DNA from: an uncultured Rikenellaceae bacterium
GTDB lineage: Bacteria; Bacteroidota; Bacteroidia; Bacteroidales; VadinHA17
Assembly (NCBI GenBank): GCA_964435015.1
Contig: CAYSXP010000001.1
Location: 344 to 64,343 of the forward strand
Length of the DNA stretch: 64,000 nucleotides
Direction of reading: 5' to 3'
Numbering within the stretch: position 1 is the stretch's first letter; each line of letters opens with the position of its first letter. The position numbers and the translations under genes are program-made. The notes under the pieces were generated by a model. The model had not been told where the DNA came from, made no database searches, and saw only the letters and a list, made by a program, of their open reading frames with translations. Below are positions 12,821 through 20,721 of this stretch, one piece after another.

Positions 12821-12886
12821 GATGGAATCCATATAGGGAGAACTATTAATCAGACAAATATTTGATCATCATGCATATGGATTCAC
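12821..12886 (+). repeat. Hairpin repeat, copy A0 (divergent member of the GATGRAAYCC family)
   Basis: GATGGAATCCATAT...(loop containing CAGACAAATA)...ATATGGATTCAC. There is a perfect 10-bp stem GAATCCATAT/ATATGGATTC, and the termini resemble copies A-E. Confidence 0.5.
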
Positions 12887-12937
12887 GGGCCGGCAGGTGA
12901 TCCGGGCATCAGGCCAGTAAAAGAAAAATTCGATACT

Positions 12938-13031
12938 GATGAAACCCGCATGACTGACCAGAAACACAAACACGAATGATTATCGCGTTCAATCATGTGG
13001 GGCTCCCTGTCCGAGGGGTCAGACAGGCATC
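12938..13031 (+). repeat. Hairpin repeat module, copy A (upstream of the DUF2520 gene)
   Basis: GATGAAACCCGCATGACTGA-[CCAGAAACACAAACACGAATGATTATCGCGT]-TCAATCATGTGGGG, then a GC-rich second hairpin and GGGGTCAGACAGGCATC. 12951-13000 matches the reverse complement of 26181-26230 at 47/50 positions (manual ungapped alignment). Confidence 0.8.
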
Positions 13032-13057
13032 AGACCGATAAAATAAATTATATACGT

Positions 13058-13846
13058 ATGAAAAATACAGGGATCTCATTCATCGGAGCCGGTAAGGTAG
13101 CCGCGGCTTTTTGTTCAGAACTTTATAATTCGGGTTATAAGATAGTCAGTATAGTATCGAAAACCGGCGATAGCTGTCGTCAGCTGGCCGGATCATGTAA
13201 GGCCTCATGGTCGGTGGCCACTGAATTTAAGGAAGATACCGGCCTTATACTGATCGCGGTACCCGATGACAGGATCGAAACGGTGGCTGCCGGTATAAAA
13301 TGCAGTGAAAACACAGTTATTGCACATACTGCGGGAAGTGTGGGACTTGATGTATTTCATCACCGCCACAGGCATGTGGGTGTAATATATCCCCTTCAGA
13401 CTTTTTCGGCTGGCAGAAACATCGAATTCAGTAAAATTCCGTTCTTCATTGAGGGAAGTGACAGTGCTGCCACTTCCCTTCTCTGCGGATTGGTTGAGTC
13501 GTTCGGGGCAAAGGCGCACTTCACAGATGCGAAAAACAGGAGGCTGCTGCATTTGTCGGCTGTTTTCGTGAACAACTTCGTAAACCATATGCTGGTTTCA
13601 GGCAAAACCATTGCCTCCATGGCCGGATTTGAATTCGAAGTACTCATTCCGCTGCTCAATGAGACTGTGATGAAAGCTGTCATCAACGGACCGGAGAACT
13701 CACAGACAGGTCCGGCCGTAAGGTCAGATCATGAAACTATCAGAAGTCATATTAAATTATTATCTTTCTCGCCTGATCTGCAAAATATTTACAGGGAAGT
13801 AACAGATTCAATCATGAGTTTTCAAAAAACGAACATAAATGAATAA
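13058..13846 (+). CDS. Rossmann-fold plus DUF2520-like protein (putative oxidoreductase)
   Basis: MKNTGISFIGAGKVAAAF is a GxGxxA dinucleotide fold. The C-terminal part has TGPAVRSDHETI, typical of DUF2520. ATG 13058 is preferred over 12995 because the extension lies inside repeat copy A. Confidence 0.75.
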   Translation: MKNTGISFIGAGKVAAAFCSELYNSGYKIVSIVSKTGDSCRQLAGSCKASWSVATEFKEDTGLILIAVPDDRIETVAAGIKCSENTVIAHTAGSVGLDVFHHRHRHVGVIYPLQTFSAGRNIEFSKIPFFIEGSDSAATSLLCGLVESFGAKAHFTDAKNRRLLHLSAVFVNNFVNHMLVSGKTIASMAGFEFEVLIPLLNETVMKAVINGPENSQTGPAVRSDHETIRSHIKLLSFSPDLQNIYREVTDSIMSFQKTNINE

Positions 13847-14360
13847 TTTCAAGCAGGCCCTGGACCGGATAAAAGCATTTGTTTTTGATATTGATGGCGT
13901 TCTGTCTCTGCAGACAATTGCCCTGAACGTTTTCGGAACACCAAACAGGACTGTTAATCTGCGCGATGGTTATGCACTTCAGCTTGCCGTGAAAAAAGGA
14001 TATTACGTGGGGATCATTTCAGGCAGTAATTCAAAGGAATATCTCAAAAGGCTGAAATATCTGGGCATTACGGATGTCTACCTTAACAGCCGTTCCAAGT
14101 CAGACCATTTCAGGGAATTTCTGAAGAAATACAATCTTCATGAATCGGAAGTTATGTATATGGGGGATGACATTCCCGATCTTAACGTGATGAAAATGGC
14201 AGGAATCCCTGTGTGCCCTTCGGATGCTGATATCGAAATAAAGCAGGTGTCGCTTTATATTTCAGACAGGAAGGGCGGTGAAGGCTGCGTAAGGGATGTG
14301 ATTGAACAGGTGCTGAGACTGCATGATAAATGGCTTGATGCTGACGCTTATACCTGGTAG
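13839..14360 (+). CDS. kdsC: HAD-IIIA phosphatase, KDO 8-phosphate phosphatase-like
   Basis: HAD motifs FDIDGVL and GDDIPDL, tail GGEGCVRDVIEQVL, length 173 aa. It overlaps the upstream gene by 8 nt. Confidence 0.8.
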   Translation: MNNFKQALDRIKAFVFDIDGVLSLQTIALNVFGTPNRTVNLRDGYALQLAVKKGYYVGIISGSNSKEYLKRLKYLGITDVYLNSRSKSDHFREFLKKYNLHESEVMYMGDDIPDLNVMKMAGIPVCPSDADIEIKQVSLYISDRKGGEGCVRDVIEQVLRLHDKWLDADAYTW

Positions 14361-14362
14361 TT

Positions 14363-15346
14363 ATGAAAGCATTCTTTAAGCTGGTAAGATGGCGGAATCT
14401 TCTGCTCATTGCCGTTACAATGGTGCTTATGAGATATGCCGTCATTGAGGCCGTAATAAGCAAACTGACAGTCGTTCCTATTCATGGACCGGAAGCAGAA
14501 GTACCGCTGATGCTTAAGTTCCCATGGTACGACTTTGCAATCCTGGTCATGGCAACCCTGTTGATTACAGCGGGCGGCTATGTAATCAATGACTATTTTG
14601 ACATTAAAACCGACCTGATAAACAGGGGTAAGGTGATTGTGGGCACAGCTGTTCCGCGGAAGAAAGCCATGATGTGGCATAACATACTTAATGCAGCAGG
14701 CGTGGCAGCCGGTTTTTATATCTCCTGGAAAGCCGGGTATTTCTGGCTTGGAACGATATTCCTGATAGTATCGGGCCTGCTGTACTTTTACTCGGCCAGC
14801 TATAAGCGGCAGTTCCTCGTGGGGAATCTGGTTGTCTCAATTCTTACTGCCATGGTCCCGATGCTCGTGGTCTTTTACGAATGGCCCGCACTTTACAGAT
14901 ATTACAGTGTAAATGCCATGGCACCCCCTGACCTTTCAATACTGTTCTTCTGGATCGGAGGCTTTGCCTTATTCGCCTTTGTGACCACTCTTACCCGTGA
15001 GATAATCAAAGATATTGAAGACTTCGAAGGCGATATGGCATATGGGCGCAATACTGTTCCTGTTGTGCTGGGAGTGCTCACTTCCAGAATACTTTCAGTG
15101 TGCCTGATAATAATAACAATCGTTCTTCTTTTCCTTGTATGGTATTTCTTTTTGTCCGATAAGTATACACTGATCTATCTTTCTGCCGCAATTGTGATCC
15201 CGTTATTATATGTGATATACCAGCTGATTGTCAGCAGGGGAAGAAAACAGTTGCATCATGCAAGCACGATGATGAAGGTAATCATGCTGGCCGGAGTTTT
15301 GTACTCTGTGCTTGTAAAATATATAATAACCTGGAACCTGGTCTGA
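14363..15346 (+). CDS. UbiA-family polyprenyltransferase (DGGGP-synthase-like)
   Basis: Polytopic membrane protein with two Asp-rich motifs, NDYFDIKTD and DIEDFEGD. It starts 2 nt after the kdsC stop. Confidence 0.8.
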   Translation: MKAFFKLVRWRNLLLIAVTMVLMRYAVIEAVISKLTVVPIHGPEAEVPLMLKFPWYDFAILVMATLLITAGGYVINDYFDIKTDLINRGKVIVGTAVPRKKAMMWHNILNAAGVAAGFYISWKAGYFWLGTIFLIVSGLLYFYSASYKRQFLVGNLVVSILTAMVPMLVVFYEWPALYRYYSVNAMAPPDLSILFFWIGGFALFAFVTTLTREIIKDIEDFEGDMAYGRNTVPVVLGVLTSRILSVCLIIITIVLLFLVWYFFLSDKYTLIYLSAAIVIPLLYVIYQLIVSRGRKQLHHASTMMKVIMLAGVLYSVLVKYIITWNLV

Positions 15347-15347
15347 T

Positions 15348-15947
15348 ATGGTCCTCAATGAAATCAACCGGTACAGGATAATACTGGCTTCAGGTTCACC
15401 AAGACGCAGGCAGCTGCTTGAGGAGCTTGGAATCAGATTCGAGGTTGTACACCGTGACTGGAACGAGAATTATCCCGACGGGTTACAGGGCGCTGAAATA
15501 GCCCTGTATGTGGCCACAATGAAAGCAGAGACTTTTCGGGGACAGCTGCAGGAAGATGTTATAATAATAACAGCCGACACCATAGTATGGTGCAACGACA
15601 GGATCCTCGACAAGCCTTCAGATGAAGCCGAAGCGGCGGAGATCATCAGTAAGATTTCCGGAAATACCCATGAGGTGATAACCGGCGTCTGTCTGCTTTA
15701 TGCGGGCGGGCTCAGGTCCTTTTATTCGTCGACAAAAGTCACATTTGAAAAACTCACTCCGGCGGAAATCGAATACTATGTCAGTAATTTCAAACCATTT
15801 GACAAAGCCGGGGCATATGGCATTCAGGAATGGATCGGCCTTGCTGCCTGCAGCCGTATTGAAGGTTCCTATTTTAATGTGATGGGACTTCCTGTTGAAA
15901 AAGTTTATCACGAGCTGCTGTCAGTGGTCAGATCTGAAAGGGGATGA
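15348..15947 (+). CDS. maf: Maf-like nucleoside triphosphate pyrophosphatase
   Basis: ILASGSPRRRQLLEELGI at the N-terminus, KAGAYGIQE near the C-terminus, 199 aa. Confidence 0.9.
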   Translation: MVLNEINRYRIILASGSPRRRQLLEELGIRFEVVHRDWNENYPDGLQGAEIALYVATMKAETFRGQLQEDVIIITADTIVWCNDRILDKPSDEAEAAEIISKISGNTHEVITGVCLLYAGGLRSFYSSTKVTFEKLTPAEIEYYVSNFKPFDKAGAYGIQEWIGLAACSRIEGSYFNVMGLPVEKVYHELLSVVRSERG

Positions 15948-16100
15948 ATGTGTGATTATCACGGTTCATGAAGCAGATCACGCAATATCCCTCACGGCGG
16001 GTTGAATGAGGGGCATGGGTATATCCGGTTGCATTAAGCCGGGCTTAACAGTAATACTAAGAGTTTGTTATTTTTAATGATTATTTTCAGAACCTGCAAT

Positions 16101-18263
16101 ATGAGATATCTGTATTTACCGGGAGTTCTGCTGCTCCTGTTGTCGCTGACAGTTCCGGCAAAGCCGGACGAAGGCATGTGGATCCCCATACTGATTGAGA
16201 AATACAACATCAGTCTGATGCGCGAAAAAGGATTCAGGTTAACCGCAGAAGATATATACAGCATTAACAAAGCATCAATGAAAGATGCAGTTGTGAGGTT
16301 TGGCGGCGGATGTACGGCAGAATTTATCTCACCTGAGGGCCTTTTGATAACCAATCATCATTGCGGCTACAATATGATCCAGAGTCATTCCAGCCTTGAG
16401 CACGATTATCTGACCGACGGATTCTGGGCGATGTCAGCACAGGATGAGCTGCCTAATCCCGGTCTTTCAGTTACCGTTTTGAAACGAATGGAAGATGTCA
16501 CAGCCGGGGCTCTTGCCGGTACTTCTGATGAAATGGCAAATGAGGAAAGGGAAAGGATTGTCATGTCAAACATAAAAAAGATTGAAGCTGAAGCCCGGCA
16601 TGATAACAATTACATGGTAAGTGTTAAGCCTTTTTTCATGGGTAATCAGTATTTCCTGTTTGTTGAAGAAATATTCAGGGATGTACGGCTTGTAGGAGCG
16701 CCTCCCTCTTCAATCGGCAGGTTTGGAGGAGACACTGACAACTGGATCTGGCCGCGTCATACTGGTGACTTCTCACTTTTCCGGGTCTATGCCGGCAGGA
16801 ACAACAATCCGTCTGATTATTCACCTGATAATGTTCCTTATAAACCAGGATTCTATTTTCCGATATCCCTGCGTGGTCTGAATGAAGGTGATTTTACAAT
16901 GGTTATTGGTTTTCCCGGCTCAACCAGCCAGTATGTGCCATCATATTATATTGATATGATAAAGAATCATGTCAATCCCGGTCTGATAGATGTCAGGACA
17001 AAAAAGATAGAGGTTATTGATGAAGCGATGGAATCGGACCCGCTCCTGAGGATAAAATACTCTGCAAAGAAGGCAGGCATTTCAAATTCCTGGAAAAAAT
17101 GGACAGGGGAGAATCTTGGACTCGAAAGAATGGGAATAATCGGAAAAAAAAGGGAATTCGAAGCTCTTCTGTCTGAATGGATAAGGGCCGACAGTGCCAG
17201 GAACAGGAGATATGGCCGGATCCTTCCTGCTTACCAGGCGATATATCCCCGGCAAAGTGAGTATTTGCTTGTGAATGGCATAACCGGAGAGGTAATGAAC
17301 GGCATAGAAACAATGGCGCTGGCAAGGAACCTCAAAATTCTTTCGGATCTTGTTGAAAACAAGGGTAATCCCGGGGAGATCGAAAGACTGAAGAAAAGGC
17401 TTATTGAATATTCAGAATCTTTTTTCAGGGATTATGACAGACTGACCGATGAGAAACTTTTCGTCGTTTTGATGAAAACATACGGTGAAACATTAGATGA
17501 AAAATGGCAGATCCCTGAATACCGGAAATTACAGAATTCATGCAAAGGCGATTTTGGGAGCCTTGCCCGGAAATTGTATAAAACTTCGGTTTTTACGGAA
17601 AAAAACGAGTTTGTGAAATTCGTCGGGGGCTTTGATCTGAGCTCTGTCAGAAAGCTCAGGAAAGATTTATTCTTTATCCTTTCAACTGATGCTTCTGAGC
17701 TGATTGCAAAAACAATAAGACCGGACCTGAACAGCTTAAATGCCGAACTGCAAGAGCAGAACAGGTTGTATATGCAGGCTCAGATGGAATTTCAGAATGA
17801 CAGGGTTTTTTATCCCGACGCCAATTCGACTCTCAGGGTTGCCTTTGGAAAGGTTTGCGGTTATTACGCAAGCGACGCGGTTTATTTAAAGCATGAAACC
17901 ACCCTGGGAGGAATCATTGAAAAAGACGATCCTGAAATATATGATTATGCTGTTCCCCGGCGACTTAAGGATTTGTATGAATCCGGGGACTTCGGGCAAT
18001 ATGGACAGGATGGAAAGCTTGGAGTGTGTTTCATAGCAAATAACCACACTACAGGAGGAAATTCCGGAAGTCCTGTTCTTAATGCCAATGGTCATCTGAT
18101 AGGAATTAACTTTGACAGGGGATGGGAAGGCGTTGCCAGCGACATGGCCTTCAATCCCGATCAGAGCCGCAATATAAGCCTTGATATAAGATATGCACTT
18201 TTTATCATTGATAAGTTTGCCGGTGCAGGTTACCTGCTGAGGGAAATGACAATTACAGACTGA
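16101..18263 (+). CDS. S46 family dipeptidyl-peptidase (DPP7/DPP11 type, Arg at the DPP11 specificity position)
   Basis: Signal peptide followed by DEGMWIP, catalytic contexts ITNHHCG and TGGNSGSPV, about 720 aa. ATG 16101 (MRYLYLPGVLLLLLSL) gives a sensible signal peptide. Confidence 0.9.
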   Translation: MRYLYLPGVLLLLLSLTVPAKPDEGMWIPILIEKYNISLMREKGFRLTAEDIYSINKASMKDAVVRFGGGCTAEFISPEGLLITNHHCGYNMIQSHSSLEHDYLTDGFWAMSAQDELPNPGLSVTVLKRMEDVTAGALAGTSDEMANEERERIVMSNIKKIEAEARHDNNYMVSVKPFFMGNQYFLFVEEIFRDVRLVGAPPSSIGRFGGDTDNWIWPRHTGDFSLFRVYAGRNNNPSDYSPDNVPYKPGFYFPISLRGLNEGDFTMVIGFPGSTSQYVPSYYIDMIKNHVNPGLIDVRTKKIEVIDEAMESDPLLRIKYSAKKAGISNSWKKWTGENLGLERMGIIGKKREFEALLSEWIRADSARNRRYGRILPAYQAIYPRQSEYLLVNGITGEVMNGIETMALARNLKILSDLVENKGNPGEIERLKKRLIEYSESFFRDYDRLTDEKLFVVLMKTYGETLDEKWQIPEYRKLQNSCKGDFGSLARKLYKTSVFTEKNEFVKFVGGFDLSSVRKLRKDLFFILSTDASELIAKTIRPDLNSLNAELQEQNRLYMQAQMEFQNDRVFYPDANSTLRVAFGKVCGYYASDAVYLKHETTLGGIIEKDDPEIYDYAVPRRLKDLYESGDFGQYGQDGKLGVCFIANNHTTGGNSGSPVLNANGHLIGINFDRGWEGVASDMAFNPDQSRNISLDIRYALFIIDKFAGAGYLLREMTITD

Positions 18264-18266
18264 TTA

Positions 18267-19169
18267 TCAGTATGATCTTATTTTCCTTAGCTTGTCGTCA
18301 TATTGCTTGTAAACAGCTTCCTGCAGCCTGATCTGATCTTTAACCTTGTCCTGCATCTTTTCATTGCGCGGGATCTCAGCCTCAGCTCTTTCTATGCCGG
18401 ATTTGGCCTTTTTGATTTTTTTCTCCGATGATTCGATGGAATTAACAGCTTTTTTCCGTCTTTTCTCCAGATCCTTTACAGCCTGAGCCTTTTCCTTCTT
18501 CATCGGATTATCTTCTTCCATGGCAATAAGCTCCTGGTTCTGGACATCAAGAGTGCTTGTTACCAGGCTCAGTTCATTTTTCTGTACTGTGATGTTCTCC
18601 TGTTCCCTGAGAATGGAGCTATTCGCAGTCTGAATCGATTTCTGGAGCTTCTTGGATTTTTCTCTCTGAAGTGATGAAAGTTCCTTTTCAAGATCACGAA
18701 GCTTCTTCTGTTCCAGGTCAGCTTCCTGCTTTGCCACGGCGATGTACTGGGTTTTTGAGAACTCTTTCAGGTAGTTGGTGGCTTTTGCATATTCTGCTGC
18801 CCCCCCCCTGCTTTCAACATAGAAATCCTTTTTCAGTTCAAACGAGACCACGAGCTGCAGCATAAGGTCGAATTTTTTCAGTACGCTGTAAACATTCAGG
18901 GGATCTGAACTTACAGCCTTGATCCGCGCTCCAAAGATCGACATTTCCCCATTGTCGGTTACCACTTTTGATTTGGTACCTGTTTGAAGTTCCTTGATCC
19001 ATACTTTCAGAACCTTGTCGTAATCGGCTTCCGGAATTGTAACAGATATTGCCGGCAGATTGCTGTTTCCGATCATAAGGCTGTCATCAAGGACAGTAAT
19101 TGGTGTCTGGGCCCTGATTGCAGAAAAGAGTACTAAAAAAACTAAAATGAAGGTAAATTTTAATCTCAT
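18267..19169 (-). CDS. Secreted hypothetical protein with a long K/E-rich coiled-coil C-terminal half
   Basis: Signal peptide MRLKFTFILVFLVLFSAIRAQ, an N-terminal globular part of about 130 aa, then heptad-like charged sequence (EQKKLRDLEKELSSLQREKSKKLQKS...). No family was recognised. Confidence 0.6.
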   Translation of the reverse strand: MRLKFTFILVFLVLFSAIRAQTPITVLDDSLMIGNSNLPAISVTIPEADYDKVLKVWIKELQTGTKSKVVTDNGEMSIFGARIKAVSSDPLNVYSVLKKFDLMLQLVVSFELKKDFYVESRGGAAEYAKATNYLKEFSKTQYIAVAKQEADLEQKKLRDLEKELSSLQREKSKKLQKSIQTANSSILREQENITVQKNELSLVTSTLDVQNQELIAMEEDNPMKKEKAQAVKDLEKRRKKAVNSIESSEKKIKKAKSGIERAEAEIPRNEKMQDKVKDQIRLQEAVYKQYDDKLRKIRSY

Positions 19170-19525
19170 GGCAAATGGATTTTTAATCTGTTTTGTTTGA
19201 CATAAATATATAAATAATTAATCATTTTTCCTTCGGTCATTAATGTTTAAATGCCAATATCAGCATTAATCCGGTTATGGGAACTCGTCTGTTTAATCCC
19301 CTTCTGAATCTGGTTTTATTCAAAATGCCTGTATTCCTGGCAGGCCGACCGTGTAACTGTCAATGCGCAAGCCGGAAAGATTCCGGATGAATGAATAATT
19401 AGCGGGCCGGCAATCACTGTCAGCGGTATTTTGCATTTATCTTATCCTTTCATAATTTCTTCAGTCTAAAATATTCAGCAGGTTTGTTCCGTTATATCTC
19501 ACAGTGACAAACCATGGAAATTGAA

Positions 19526-19545
19526 AGCCAGGAATATTCCTGGCT
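19526..19545. promoter_or_regulatory. Perfect 20-nt palindrome AGCCAGGAATATTCCTGGCT upstream of pdxB
   Basis: Read directly from the sequence. It ends 22 nt before the pdxB ATG (19568) and could be an operator or a leader hairpin. Confidence 0.35.
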
Positions 19546-19567
19546 GCCAGTATATTCTTAGTATCTG

Positions 19568-20701
19568 ATGATAAGGATAATAGCGGATGACAATATACCT
19601 TTTCTGAAAGGCATTCTTGAACCATTCTCAAGCATTACCTATTTACCCGGAAGTGAGATCACAAACCAGGTGATAAAAACTGCCGATGCACTTCTTATCA
19701 GGACCCGCACGAAGTGCGGTGAAGAACTTCTCAGCGACACCAGCGTGAGATTCATCGGCACTGCAACTATCGGATACGATCATATCGATGCAGGGTACTG
19801 TGAACGGAAAGGGATAAAATGGGTCAGCGCACCCGGATGCAATTCCTTTTCGGTGCAGCAATATATTGCTTCCGCTCTTTTACGGATCTCATCGGAAAAT
19901 AACTTTAGGCTGAAAGAGAAGACTATCGGGATCGTAGGTGTGGGGAATGTGGGCAGCAAGGTTGAAAAGTTTGCCAGGATCATGGGTATGAATGTACTGC
20001 TCAATGACCCGCCCCGTGCCAGGCAGGAAAAAGGTGCCGGGTTTTCTGATCTTCTGACCCTGCTGAAGGAATCAGATATTGTTACCCTTCATGTGCCGCT
20101 CAATATCAAAGGACGCGACAGGACATTTCATTTGTTTTCCGGGGAGATGTTTCAGATGATGAAAAGAGGGAGCTGGTTCATCAATACGTCGAGAGGTGAG
20201 GTTGTTGACACCGAGGCCCTGAAGCAGGCAATAACCAGTGAGGGAATCGGAGGTGCAGTACTCGATGTATGGGAAAACGAACCTGAGCTTGACATACCGC
20301 TGATGCACATGTCATATCTTGCCACTCCTCATATAGCGGGCTATTCAACTGACGGAAAAGCTAATGGAACCGGGGCAGTTGTCAGGGAGCTGAGTTCATT
20401 TTTCGGATTGCCACTGACTGATTGGTCGCCTGAACAGATTCCCCTGCCGGTGATTCAAACGATCGACGTGGATTGTAACGGCAGGGGGAGCGAGGAAATA
20501 ATACGCAGATCAGTGTTACATACATATAACATTGCCGAGGATGATGTGAAGCTCCGTTTTGACCCTTCCCTGTTTGAGAAGATACGGGGTACATATCCGG
20601 TGAGAAGGGAGTTTCCGGCCTATACCGTGAAACTGAGAGGATGCTCCCCCGTAGCAGTCAGCCAGCTTAAAAGCCTGGGTTTTAATCTTATTAATCCGTG
20701 A
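19568..20701 (+). CDS. pdxB: 4-phosphoerythronate dehydrogenase
   Basis: MIRIIADDNIPFLKGILEPF is a PdxB-type N-terminus. A D-2-hydroxyacid dehydrogenase NAD fold (GIVGVGNVGSKV) and a catalytic-region HIAGYS are present. Length is 377 aa. Confidence 0.85.
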   Translation: MIRIIADDNIPFLKGILEPFSSITYLPGSEITNQVIKTADALLIRTRTKCGEELLSDTSVRFIGTATIGYDHIDAGYCERKGIKWVSAPGCNSFSVQQYIASALLRISSENNFRLKEKTIGIVGVGNVGSKVEKFARIMGMNVLLNDPPRARQEKGAGFSDLLTLLKESDIVTLHVPLNIKGRDRTFHLFSGEMFQMMKRGSWFINTSRGEVVDTEALKQAITSEGIGGAVLDVWENEPELDIPLMHMSYLATPHIAGYSTDGKANGTGAVVRELSSFFGLPLTDWSPEQIPLPVIQTIDVDCNGRGSEEIIRRSVLHTYNIAEDDVKLRFDPSLFEKIRGTYPVRREFPAYTVKLRGCSPVAVSQLKSLGFNLINP

Positions 20702-20721
20702 TTGGCTCCGGAAATTTTATT

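Noticed and set aside
12995-13057. Upstream start (12995) for the DUF2520 gene, and similarly 26186 for the 4Fe-4S protein gene.
   Set aside because: Both extensions are encoded by the shared hairpin repeat module (copies A and B) and add non-conserved residues. The internal ATGs give typical N-termini.
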